A program made the translations under genes and the position numbers. Shown here one piece after another: positions 40,301-53,885 of a DNA stretch of 64,000 bases. The notes below the pieces were generated by a model that saw nothing but the letters and a program-made list of their open reading frames with translations, did not search any database and was not told the DNA's origin. The stretch comes from Azolla caroliniana (Eukaryota; Plantae; Polypodiophyta): positions 310,001 through 374,000 of the forward strand of contig JBHGNT010000024.1 in NCBI GenBank assembly GCA_043228905.1. Direction: 5' to 3'. Numbering within the stretch: position 1 is the first letter of the stretch; each line of letters begins with the position of its first letter.

Positions 40301-43244
40301 CTGGCTCGTGTCATATCGGATTTATGTGTTCAAATATGTGAATCGAAGCTAACAACGTTAGCTATGATATGGAATTAAAAAACCAAGATTTTGAAACTCA
40401 GGTCGAGAGACATGAAGAAAATAGCAAACTTGAGGAGGGAGTTCAGAAGAGCCCTTGAGTAAATTAAAATGTTCATACTTGGCTCGTGTGATATCGAATT
40501 TTTGTGTTCAAACATGCAAATCGAAGCTAGCAATGCTAGCTATGATATGGAATTAAAAAATCAGGATTTTGAAACTCAGGTCGAGAGACATGACGAAAAT
40601 AGCAAACTTGAGGAGGGAGTTGAGAGGAGCCCTTGAGTAAAGTAAAATGTTCATACCTAGCTCGTGTGATATTGGATTTTTGTGTTCAAACATGCGAATG
40701 GAAGCTGGCGACGCTTCCTATGATATGGAATTAAAAAATCAAGATTTTGAAACTCAGGTCGAGAGACATGACGAAAATAACAAACCTTAGGAGGGAGTTG
40801 AGAGGAGCCCTTGAGTAAATTAAAATGTTCATACCTGGCTCGTGTGATATCGGATTTTTGTGTTCAAACATGCAAATCGAAGCTAACAATGCTAGCTATG
40901 ATATGGAATTAAAAAATCAAGATTTTAAAACTCAAGTCCAGAGACATGACGAAATTACCTAATTTGAGGAGTGAGTTGAGAAGAGCTAGTAGGTAAATTT
41001 AAATGTTCATACCTGGCTCGTGTGATATCGGATTTATGTGTTCAAATATGCGAATCGAAGCTAACAACGCTAGCTATGATATGGAATTAAAAAATCAAGA
41101 TTGTGAAACTCAGGTCGAGAGACATGACGAAAATAGCAAACTTGAGGAGGGAGTTGAGAAGAGCCCTTGAGTAAATTAAAACGTTCATACCTGGCTCGTG
41201 CGATATCGAATTTTTGTGTTCAAACATGCGAATCGAAGCTAACAACGCTACCTATGATATGGAATTAAAAAATCAAGATTTTAGAACTCAGGTCGAGAGA
41301 CATGACGAAAATAGCAAGCTTGAGGAGGGACTTGAGAGGAGCCCTTGAGTAAATTAAAATGTTCATACCTGGCTCGTGTGATATCGAATTTTTCTGTTCA
41401 AACATGCGAATCGAAGCTAACAACGCTACCTAAGATATGGAATTAAAAAATCAAGATTTTGAAACTCAAGTCCAGAGACATGACGAAATTACCTAATTTG
41501 AGGAGTGAGTTGAGAAGAGCTAGTAGGTAAATTTAAATGTTCATACCTGGCTCGTGTGATATCGGATTTATGTGTTCAAATATGCGAATCGAAGCTAACA
41601 ACGCTACCTATGATATGGAATTAAAAAATCAAGCTTTTGAAACTCAAGTCGAGAGAAATGACGAAAATAGCAAACTTGAGGAGGGAGTTGAGAAGAGCTA
41701 GTAGGTAAATTTAAATGTTCATACCTGGCTCGTGTCATATCGGATTTATGTGTTCAAATATGCGAATCGAAGCTAACAACGCTAGCTATGATATGGAATT
41801 AAAAAATCTAGATTTTAAAACTCAAGTCCAGAGACATGACGAAATTACCTAATTTGAGGAGTGAGTTGAGAAGAGCTAGTAGGTAAATTTAAATGTTCAT
41901 ACCTGGCTCGTGTCATATCGGATTTATGTGTTGAAATATGTGAATCGAAGCTAACAACGTTAGCTATGATATGGAATTAAAAAATCAAGATTTTGAAACT
42001 CAGGTCGAGAGACATGAAGAAAATAGCAAACTTGAGGAGGGAGTTGAGAAGAGCCCTTGAGTAAATTAAAATGTTCATACTTGGCTCGTGTGATATCGAA
42101 TTTTTGTGTTCAAACATGCGAATCGAAGCTAACAACGCTAGCTATGATATGGAATTAAAAAATCAAGATTTTAAACCTCAAGTCCAGAGACATTACGAAA
42201 TTACCTAATTTGAGGAGTGAGTTGAGAAGAGCTAGTAGGTAAATTTAAATGTTCATACCTGGCTCGTGTCATATCGGATTTATGTGTTCAAATATGTGAA
42301 TCGAAGCTAACAACGTTAGCTATGATATGGAATTAAAAAACCAAGATTTTGAAACTCAGGTCGAGAGACATGAAGAAAATAGCAAACTTGAGGAGGGAGT
42401 TCAGAAGAGCCCTTGAGTAAATTAAAATGTTCATACTTGGCTCGTGTGATATCGAATTTTTGTGTTCAAACATGCAAATCGAAGCTAGCAATGCTAGCTA
42501 TGATATGGAATTAAAAAATCAGGATTTTGAAACTCAGGTCGAGAGACATGACGAAAATAGCAAACTTGAGGAGGGAGTTGAGAGGAGCCCTTGAGTAAAG
42601 TAAAATGTTCATACCTAGCTCGTGTGATATTGGATTTTTGTGTTCAAACATGCGAATGGAAGCTGGCGACGCTTCCTATGATATGGAATTAAAAAATCAA
42701 GATTTTGAAACTCAGGTCGAGAGACATGACGAAAATAACAAACCTTAGGAGGGAGTTGAGAGGAGCCCTTGAGTAAATTAAAATGTTCATACCTGGCTCG
42801 TGTGATATCGGATTTTTGTGTTCAAACATGCAAATCGAAGCTAACAATGCTAGCTATGATATGGAATTAAAAAATCAAGATTTTAAAACTCAAGTCCAGA
42901 GACATGACGAAATTACCTAATTTGAGGAGTGAGTTGAGAAGAGCTAGTAGGTAAATTTAAATGTTCATACCTGGCTCGTGTGATATCGGATTTATGTGTT
43001 CAAATATGCGAATCGAAGCTAACAACGCTAGCTATGATATGGAATTAAAAAATCAAGATTGTGAAACTCAGGTCGAGAGACATGACGAAAATAGCAAACT
43101 TGAGGAGGGAGTTGAGAAGAGCCCTTGAGTAAATTAAAACGTTCATACCTGGCTCGTGTGATATCGAATTTTTGTGTTCAAACATGCGAATCGAAGCTAA
43201 CAACGCTACCTATGATATGGAATTAAAAAATCAAGATTTTAAAA
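37383..43244 (+). repeat. Local HOR, 11-monomer unit (1958 bp), 3 copies
   Basis: AAGCTTTTG at 37715/39673/41631; TCTAGA at 37891/39849/41807; GATTGTGAAA at 39141/41099/43057; all 1958 = 11x178 apart. First copy is 12 bp shorter. Confidence 0.93.
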
Positions 43245-44846
43245 CTCAGGTCGAGAGACATGACGAAAATAGCAAACTTGAGGAGGGAGTTGAGAGGAGC
43301 CCTTGAGTAAAGTAAAATGTTCATACCTGCCTGGTGTGATATCGAATTTTTGTGTTCAAACATGCGAATCGAAGCTAACAACGCTACCTATGATATGGAA
43401 TTAAAAAATCAAGATTTTGAAACTCAAGTCGAGAGACATGACGAAAATAGCAAACTTGAGGAGGGAGTTGAGAAGAGCTAGTAGGTAAATTAAAATGTTC
43501 ATACCTGGCTCGTGTCATATCGGATTTATGTGTTCAAATATGCGAATCGAAGCTAACAACGCTAGCTATGATATGGAATTAAAAAATCAAGATTTTGAAA
43601 TTCAGGTCGAGAGACATGACGAAAATAGCAAACTTGAGGAGGGAGTTGAGAAGATCCCTTGAGTAAATTAAAATGTTCATACCTGGCTCGTGTGATATCG
43701 AATTTTTGTGTTCAAACATGCGAATCGAAGGTAACAACGCTACCTATGATATGGAATTAAAAAATCAAGATTTTAAAACTCAGGTCGAGAGACATGACGA
43801 AAATAGCAAACTTGAGGAGGGAGTTGAGAGGAGCCCTTGAGTAAATTAAAATGTTCATACCTTGCTCGTGTGATATCGGATTTTTGTGTTCAAACATGCA
43901 AATCGAAGCTGCCAACGCTAGGTATGATATGGAATTAAAAAATCAGGATTTTGAAACTCAGGTAGAGAGACATGACGAAAATAGCAAACTTGAGGAGGGA
44001 GTTGAGAAGAGCCCTTGAGTAAATTAAAATGTTCATACCTGGCTCGTGCGATATCGAATTTTTGTGTTCAAACATGCAAATCGAAGCTGGCGACGCTACC
44101 TATGATATGGAATTAAAAAATCAAGATTTTGAAACTCAGGTCGAGAGACATAACGAAATTAGCAAACTTGAGGAGGGAGTTGAGAGGAGCCCATGAGTAA
44201 ATTAAAATGTTCATACCTGGCTCGTGCGATATCGAATTTTTGTGTTCAAACATGCGAATCGAAGCTAACAACGCTACCTATGATATGGAATTAAAAAATC
44301 AAGATTTTAGAACTCAGGTCGAGAGACATGACGAAAATAGCAAGCTTGAGGAGGGAGTTGAGAGGAGCCCTTGAGTAAATTAAAATGTTCATACCTGGCT
44401 CGTGTGATATCGAATTTTTCTGTTCAAACATGCGAATCGAAGCTAACAACGCTACCTAAGATATGGAATTAAAAAATCAAGATTTTGAAACTCAAGTCCA
44501 GAGACATGACGAAATTACCTAATTTGAGGAGTGAGTTGAGAAGAGCTAGTAGGTAAATTTAAATGTTCATACCTGGCTCGTGTGATATCGGATTTATGTG
44601 TTCAAATATGCGAATCGAAGCTAACAACGCTACCTATGATATGGAATTAAAAAATCAAGATTTTGAAACTCAGGTCGAGAGACATGACGAAAATAGCAAA
44701 CTTGAGGAGGGAGTTGAGAGGAGCCCTTGAGTAAATTAAAATGTTCATACCTGGCTCGTGTGATATCCGATTTTTGTGTTCAAACATGCGAATCGAAGCT
44801 AACAACGCTAGCTATGATATGGAATTAAAAAATCAAGAATTTGAAA

Positions 44847-47760
44847 CTCAGGTCGAGAGATGTGACGAAATTACCAAATTTGAGGAGTGATTTGAGAGGA
44901 GCCCTTGAGTAAATTAAAATGTTCATACCTGGCTCGTGTGATATCGGATTTTTGTGTTCAAACATGCGAATCGAAGCTGGCGACGCTACCTATGATATGG
45001 AATTAAAAAATCAAGATTTTGAAACTCAGGTCGAGAGACATGATTAAAATAGCAAACTTGAGGAGGGAGTTGAGAGGAGCCCTTGAGTAAAGTAAAATGT
45101 TCATACCTGGCTCGTGTGATATCGAATTTTTGTGTTCAAACATGCGAATCGAAGCTAACAACGCTACCTATGATATGGAATTAAAAAATCAAGATTTTGA
45201 AACTCAAGTCGAGAGACATGACGAAAATAGCAAACTTGAGGAGGGAGTTGAGAAGAGCTAGTAGGTAAATTAAAATGTTCATACCTGGCTCGTGTCATAT
45301 CGGATTTATGTGTTCAAATATGCGAATCGAAGCTAACATCGCTAGCTATGATATGGAATTAAAAAATCAAGATTTTGAAATTCAGGTCGAGAGACATGAC
45401 GAAAATAGCAAACTTGAGGAGGGAGTTGAGAAGATCCCTTGAGTAAATTAAAATGTTCATACCTGGCTCGTGTGATATCGAATTTTTGTGTTCAAACATG
45501 CGAATCGAAGCTAACAACGCTACCTATGATATGGAATTAAAAAATCAAGATTTTAAAACTCAGGTCGAGAGACATGACGAAAATAGCAAACTTGAGGAGG
45601 GAGTTGAGAGGAGCCCTTGAGTAAATTAAAATGTTCATACCTGGCTCGTGTGATATCGGATTTTTGTGTTCAAACATGCAAATCGAAGCTAGCAACGCTA
45701 GCTATGATATGGAATTAAAAAATCAGAATTTTGAAACTCAGGTCGAGAGACATGACGAAAATAGCAAACTTGAGGAGGGAGTTGAGAGGAGCCCTTGAGT
45801 AAAGTAAAATGTTCATACCTGGCTCGTGTCATATCGGATTTTTGTGTTCAAACATGCGAATCAAAGCTCGCGACGCTAGCTATGATATGGAATTAAAAAA
45901 TCAAGATTTTGAAACTCAGGTTGAGAGACATGACGAAAATAACAAACTTGAGGAGGGAGTTGAGAAGAGCCCTTGAGTAAATCAAAATGTTCATACCTGG
46001 CTCGGTTGATATCGGATTTTTGTGTTCAAACATGCGAATCGAAGTTAACAACGCTACCTATGATATGGAATTAAAAAATCAAGATTTTGAAACTCAGGTC
46101 GAGAGACATGACGAAAATAGCAAACTTGAGGAAGGAGTTGAGAAGAGCTAGTAGGTAAATTAAAATGTTCATACCTGGCTCGTGTGATATCCGATTTTTG
46201 TGTTCAAACATGCGAATCGAAGCTAACAAAGCTAGCTATGATATGGAATTAAAAAATCAAGAATTTGAAACTCAGGTCGAGAGATGTGACGAAATTACCA
46301 AATTTGAGGAGTGATTTGAGAGGAGCCCTTGAGTAAATTAAAATGTTCATACCTGGCTCGTGTGATATCGGATTTTTGTGTTCAAACATGCGAATCGAAG
46401 CTGGCGACGCTACCTATGATATGGAATTAAAAAATCAAGATTTTGAAACTCAGGTCGAGAGACATGATTAAAATAGCAAACTTGAGGAGGGAGTTGAGAG
46501 GAGCCCTTGAGTAAAGTAAAATGTTCATACCTGGCTCGTGTGATATCGAATTTTTGTGTTCAAACATGCGAATCGAAGCTAACAACGCTACCTATGATAT
46601 GGAATTAAAAAATCAAGATTTTGAAACTCAAGTCGAGAGACATGACGAAAATAGCAAACTTGAGGAGGGAGTTGAGAAGAGCTAGTAGGTAAATTAAAAT
46701 GTTCATACCTGGCTCGTGTCATATCGGATTTATGTGTTCAAATATGCGAATCGAAGCTAACATCGCTAGCTATGATATGGAATTAAAAAATCAAGATTTT
46801 GAAATTCAGGTCGAGAGACATGACGAAAATAGCAAACTTGAGGAGGGAGTTGAGAAGATCCCTTGAGTAAATTAAAATGTTCATACCTGGCTCGTGTGAT
46901 ATCGAATTTTTGTGTTCAAACATGCGAATCGAAGCTAACAACGCTACCTATGATATGGAATTAAAAAATCAAGATTTTAAAACTCAGGTCGAGAGACATG
47001 ACGAAAATAGCAAACTTGAGGAGGGAGTTGAGAGGAGCCCTTGAGTAAATTAAAATGTTCATACCTGGCTCGTGTGATATCGGATTTTTGTGTTCAAACA
47101 TGCAAATCGAAGCTAGCAACGCTAGCTATGATATGGAATTAAAAAATCAGAATTTTGAAACTCAGGTCGAGAGACATGACGAAAATAGCAAACTTGAGGA
47201 GGGAGTTGAGAGGAGCCCTTGAGTAAAGTAAAATGTTCATACCTGGCTCGTGTCATATCGGATTTTTGTGTTCAAACATGCGAATCAAAGCTCGCGACGC
47301 TAGCTATGATATGGAATTAAAAAATCAAGATTTTGAAACTCAGGTTGAGAGACATGACGAAAATAACAAACTTGAGGAGGGAGTTGAGAAGAGCCCTTGA
47401 GTAAATCAAAATGTTCATACCTGGCTCGGTTGATATCGGATTTTTGTGTTCAAACATGCGAATCGAAGTTAACAACGCTACCTATGATATGGAATTAAAA
47501 AATCAAGATTTTGAAACTCAGGTCGAGAGACATGACGAAAATAGCAAACTTGAGGAAGGAGTTGAGAAGAGCTAGTAGGTAAATTAAAATGTTCATACCT
47601 GGCTCGTGTGATATCCGATTTTTGTGTTCAAACATGCGAATCGAAGCTAACAAAGCTAGCTATGATATGGAATTAAAAAATCAAGAATTTGAAACTCAGG
47701 TCGAGAGATGTGACGAAATTACCAAATTTGAGGAGTGATTTGAGAGGAGCCCTTGAGTAA
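44847..47760 (+). repeat. Local HOR, 8-monomer unit (1424 bp), 2 copies, at the middle/right domain boundary
   Basis: TGATTAAAAT at 45041/46465, CATCGCTAG at 45337/46761, TCAAAGCTCGCG at 45861/47285; unit starts 44847, 46271, 47695. Confidence 0.92.
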
Positions 47761-50700
47761 ATTTAAATGTTCATATCGGGCTCGCGTGATATCGGATTTT
47801 TGTGTTCAAACATGCAAATCGAAGCTAACAACGCTACCTACGATATGGAATTAAAAAATCAAGATTTTGAAACTCAGGTCGAGAGACATGACGAAAATAG
47901 CAAACTTGAGGAGGGAGTTGAGAGGAGCCCTTGAGTAAATTAAAATGTTCATACCTGGCGCGTGTGATATCCGATTTTTGTGTTCAAACATGCGAATCGA
48001 AGCTAACAACGCTAGTTATGATATGGAATTAAAAAATCAAGAATTTGAAACTCAGGTCGAGAGATGTGACGAAATTACCAAATTTGAGGAGTGATTTGAG
48101 AGGAGCCCTTGAGTAAATTAAAATGTTCATATCGGGCTCGTGTGATATCGGACTTTTGTGTTCAAACATGCAAATCGAAGCTAACAACGCTACCTATGCT
48201 ATCGGACTTTTGAAACTCAGGTCGAGAGACATGACGAAAATAGCAAACTTGAGGAGGGAGTTGAGAGGAGCCCTTGAGTAAATTAAAATGTTCATACCTG
48301 GCTCGTGTGATATCGGATTGTTGTGTTCAGACATGCGAATCGAAGCCAACAACGCTACCTATGATATGGAATTAAAAAATCAAGATTTTGAAACTTAGGT
48401 CGAGAGACATGACGAAAATAGCAAACTTGAGGAGGGAGTTGAGAGGAGCCCTTGAGTAAATTAAAATGTTCATACCTGGCTCTTGTGATATCGGATTTTT
48501 GTGTTCAAACATGCGAATTGAAGCTAACAACGCAAGCTATGATATGGAATTAAAAAATCAAGATTTTGAAACTCAGGTCGAGAGATGTGACGAAATTACT
48601 AAATTTGAGGAGTGATTTGAGAGGAGCCCTTGAGTAAATTAAAATGTTCATACCTAGCTCGTGTGATATCGGATTTTTGTGTTCAAACATGCGAATCGAA
48701 GCTAACAACGCTAGCTATGATATGGAATTAAAAAATCAAGATTTTGAAACTCAGATCGAGAGACATGACGAAAATAGCAGACTTGAGGAGGGAGTTGAGA
48801 GGAGCCCTTGAGTAAATTAAAATGTTCATACCTGGCTCGTGTGATATCCGATTTTTGTGTTCAAACATGCGAATCGAAGCTAACAACGCTAGCTATGATA
48901 TGGAATTAAAAAATCAAGATTTTGACACTCAGGTCGAGAGACATGACGAAAATAACAAACTTGAGGAAGGAGTTGAGAAGAGCTAGTAGGTAAATTAAAA
49001 TGTTCATACCTGGCTCGTGTCATATCGGATTTTTGTGTTCAAACATGCGAATCGAAGCTAACAACGCTACCTATGATATGGAATTAAAAAATCAAGATTT
49101 TGAAACTCAGGTCGAGAGACATGACGAAAATAGCAAACTTGACGAAGGAGTTGAGAGGAGCCCTTGAGTAAATTAAAATGTTCATACCTGGCTCGTGTGA
49201 TATCCGATTTTTGTGTTCAAACATGCGAATCGAAGCTAACAACGCTAGCTATGATATGGAATTAAAAAATCACGATTTTGAAACTCAGGTCGAGAGATGT
49301 GACGAAATTACCAAATTTGAGGAGTGATTTGAGAGGAGCCCTTGAGTAAATTAAAATGTTCATATCGGGCTCGTGTGATATCGGATTTTTGTGTTCAAAC
49401 ATGCAAATCGAAGCTAACAACGCTACCTATGATATGGAATTAAAAAATCAAGATTTTTAAACTCAGGTCGAGAGACATGATGAAAATAGCAAACTTGAGG
49501 AGGGAGTTGAGAAGAGCCCTTGAGTAAATTAAAATGTTCATACCTGGCTCTTGTGATATCGGATTTTTGTGTTCAAACATGCGAATTGAAGCTAACAACG
49601 CAAGCTATGATATGGAATTAAAAAATCAAGATTTTGAAACTCAGGTCGAGAGATGTGACGAAATTACTAAATTTGAGGAGTGATTTGAGAGGAGCCCTTG
49701 AGTAAATTAAAATGTTCATACCTAGCTCGTGTGATATCGGATTTTTGTGTTCAAACATGCGAATCGAAGCTAACAACGCTAGCTATGATATGGAATTAAA
49801 AAATCAAGATTTTGAAACTCAGATCGAGAGACATGACGAAAATAGCAGACTTGAGGAGGGAGTTGAGAGGAGCCCTTGAGTAAATTAAAATGTTCATACC
49901 TGGCTCGTGTGATATCCGATTTTTGTGTTCAAACATGCGAATCGAAGCTAACAACGCTAGCTATGATATGGAATTAAAAAATCAAGATTTTGAAACTCAG
50001 GTCGAGAGACATGACGAAAATAGCAAACTTGAGGAGGGAGTTGAGAAGAGCCCTTGAGTAAATTAAAATGTTCATACCTGGCTCGTGTCATATCGGATTT
50101 TTGTGTTCAAACATGCGAATCGAAGCTAACAACGCTAGCTATGATATGGAATTAAAAAATCAAGATTTTGAAACTCAGGTCGAGAGACATGACGAAAATA
50201 ACAAACTTGAGGAAGGAGTTGAGAAGAGCTAGTAGGTAAATTAAAATGTTCATACCTGGCTCGTGTCATATCGGATTTTTGTGTTCAAACATGCGAATTG
50301 AAGCTAACAACGCTACCTATGATATGGAATTAAAAAAGGAAGATTTTGAAACTCAGGTCGAGAGACATCACGAAAATAGCAAACTTGAGGAGTGATTTGA
50401 GAGGAGCCCTTGAGTAAATTAAAATGTTCATATCGGGCTCGTGTGATATCGGATTTTTGTGTTCAAACATGCGAATCGAAGCTAACAACGCTACCTATGA
50501 TATGGAATTAAAAAATCAAGATTTTGAAACTCAGATCGAGAGACATGAAGAAAATAGCAAACTTGAGGAGGGAGTTGAGAGGAGCCCTTGAGTAAATTAA
50601 AATGTTCATACCTGGCTCGGTTGATATCGGATTTTTGTGTTCAAACATGCGAATCGAAGCTAACAACGCTAGCTATGATATGGAATTAAAAAATCAAGAA

Positions 50701-53700
50701 TTTGAAACTCAGGTCGAGAGACATGACGAAAATAATAAACTTGAGGAGGGAGTTGAGAGGAGCCCTTGAGTAAATCAAAATGTTCATACCTGGCTCGGTT
50801 GATATCGGATTTTTGTGTTCAAACATGCGAATCGAAGCTAACAACGCTACCTATGATATGGAATTAAAAAATCAAGATTTTGAAACTCAGGTCGAGAGAC
50901 ATGACGAAATTACCAAATTTGAGGAGTGATTTGAGAGGAGCCCTTGAGTAAATTAAAATGTTCATATCGGGCTCGTGTGATATCGGATTTTTGTGTTCAA
51001 ACATGCAAATCGAAGCTAACAACGCTACCTATGATATGGAATTAAAAAATCAAGAATTTGAAACTCAGGTCGAGAGACATGACGAAAATAACAAACTTGA
51101 GGAGGCAGTTGAGAGGAGCCCTTGAGTAAATTAAAATGTTCATACCTGGCTCGTGTGATATCGGATTTTTGTGTTCAATCATGCAAATCGAAGCTAACAA
51201 CGCTAGCTATGATATGGAATTAAAAAATCAAGATTTTGAAACTCAGGTCGAGAGACATGACGAAAATAGCAAACTTGAGGAGGGAGTTGAGAGGAGCCCT
51301 TGAGTAAATTAAAATGTTCATACCTTGCTCGTGTGATATCGGATTTTTGTGTTCAAACATGCAAATCGAAGCTAGCAACGCTAGCTATGATATGGAATTA
51401 AAAAATCAGGATTTTGAAACTCAGGTAGAGAGACATGACGAAAATAGCAAACTTGAGGAGGGAGTTGAGAAGAGCCCTTGAGTAAATTAAAATGTTCATA
51501 CCTGGCTCGAGCGATATCGAATTTTTGTGTTCAAACATGCGAATCGAAGCTAACAACGCTACCTATGATATGGAATTAAAAAATCAAGATTTTAGAACTC
51601 AGGTCGAGAGACATGACGAAAATAGCAAGCTTGAGGAGGGAGTTGAGAGGAGCCCTTGAGTAAATTAAAATGTTCATACCTGGCTCGTGTGATATCCAAT
51701 TTTTCTGTTCAAACATGCGAATCGAAGCTAACAACGCTACCTATGATATGGAATTAAAAAATCAAGATTTTGAAACTCAAGTCCAGAGACATGACGAAAT
51801 TACCTAATTTGAGGAGTGAGTTGAGAAGAGCTAGTAGGTAAATTAAAATGTTCATACCTGGCTCGTGTGATATCCGATTTTTGTGTTCAAACATGCGAAT
51901 CGAAGCTAACAAAGCTAGCTATGATATGGAATTAAAAAATCAAGAATTTGAAACTCAGGTCGAGAGATGTGACGAAATTACCAAATTTGAGGAGTGACTT
52001 GAGAGGAGCCCTTGAGTAAATTAAAATGTTCATATCGGGCTCGCGTGATATCGGATTTTTGTGTTCAAACATGCAAATCGAAGCTAACAACGCCACCTAT
52101 GATATGGAATTAAAAAATCAAGATTTTAAAACTCAGGTCGAGAGACATGACGAAAATAGCAAACTTGAGGAGGGAGTTGAGAGGAGCCCTTGAGTAAATT
52201 AAAATGTTCATACCTGGCTCGTGTGATATCGGATTGTTGTGTTCAGACATGCGAATCGAAGCCAACAACGCTACCTATGATATGGAATTAAAAAATCAAG
52301 ATTTTGAAACTTAGGTCGAGAGACATGACGAAAATAGCAAACTTGAGGAGGGAGTTGAGAGGAGCCCTTGAGTAAATTAAAATGGTCATACCTGGCTCTT
52401 GTGATATCGGATTTTTGTGTTCAAACATGCGAATTGAAGCTAACAACGCTAGCTATGATATGGAATTAAAAAATCAAGATTTTGAAACTCAGGTCGAAAG
52501 ATGTGACGAAATTACTAAATTTGAGGAGTGATTTGAGAGGAGCCCTTGAGTAAATTAAAATGTTCATACCTAGCTCGTGTGATATTGGATTTTTGTGTTC
52601 AAACATGCAAATCGAAGCTAACAACGCGACCTATGATATGGAATTAAAAAATCAAGATTTTGAAACTCAGGTCGAGAGACATGATGAAAATAGCAAACTT
52701 GAGGAGGGAGTTGAGAAGAGCCCTTGAGTAAATTAAAATGTTCATACCTGGCTCGTGTGATATCGGATTTTTGTGTTCAAACATGCGAATCGAAGCTAAC
52801 AACGCTACCTATGATATGGAATTAAAAAATCAAGATTTTTAAACTCAGGTCGAGAGACTGAGTTGAGAAGAGCTAGTAGGTAAATTAAAATGTTCATACC
52901 TGGCTCGGTTGATATCGGATTTTTGTGTTCAAACATGCGAATCGAAGCTAACAACACTAGCTATGATATGGAATTAAAAAATCAAGATTTTAAAACTCAG
53001 GTCGAGAGACATGACGAAAATAACAAACTTGAGCAAGGAGTTGAGAAGAGCTAGTAGGTAAATTAAAATGTTCATACCAGGCTCGTGTGATATCGGATTT
53101 TTGTGTTCAAACATGCGAATCGAAGCTAACAACGCTAGCTATGATATGGAATTAAAAAATCAAGATTTTGACACTCAGGTCGAGAGACATGACGAAAATA
53201 ACAAACTTGAGGAAGGAGTTGAGAAGAGCTAGTAGGTAAATTAAAATGTTCATACCTGGCTCGTGTCATATCGGATTTTTGTGTTCAAACATGCGAATCG
53301 AAGCTAACAACGCTACCTATGATATGGAATTAAAAAATCAAGATTTTGAAACTCAGGTCGAGAGACATGACGAAAATAGCAAACTTGAGGAGGGAGTTGA
53401 GAGGAGCCCTTGAGTAAATTAAAATGTTCATACCTGGCCCGTGTGATATCGGATTTTTGTGTTCAAACATGCAAATCGAAGCTAGCAACGCTAGCTATGA
53501 TATGGAATTAAAAAATCAGGATTTTGAAACTCAGGACGAGAGATGTGACGAAGTTACCAAATTTGAGGAGTGATTTGAGAGGAGCCCTTGAGGAAATTAA
53601 AATGTTCATATCGGGCTCGTGTGATATCGGATTTTTGTGTTCAAACATGCAAATCGAAGCTAACAACGCTACCTATGATATGGAATTAAAAAATCAAGAT

Positions 53701-53885
53701 TTTTAAACTCAGGTCGAGAGACATGATGAAAATAGCAAACTTGAGGAGGGAGTTGAGAAGAGCCCTTGAGTAAATTAAAATGTTCATACCTCGCGCGTGT
53801 GATATCGGATTTTTGTGTTCAAACATGCGAATCGAAGCTAACAACGCTACCTATGATATGGAATTAAAAAATCAAGATTTTTAAA

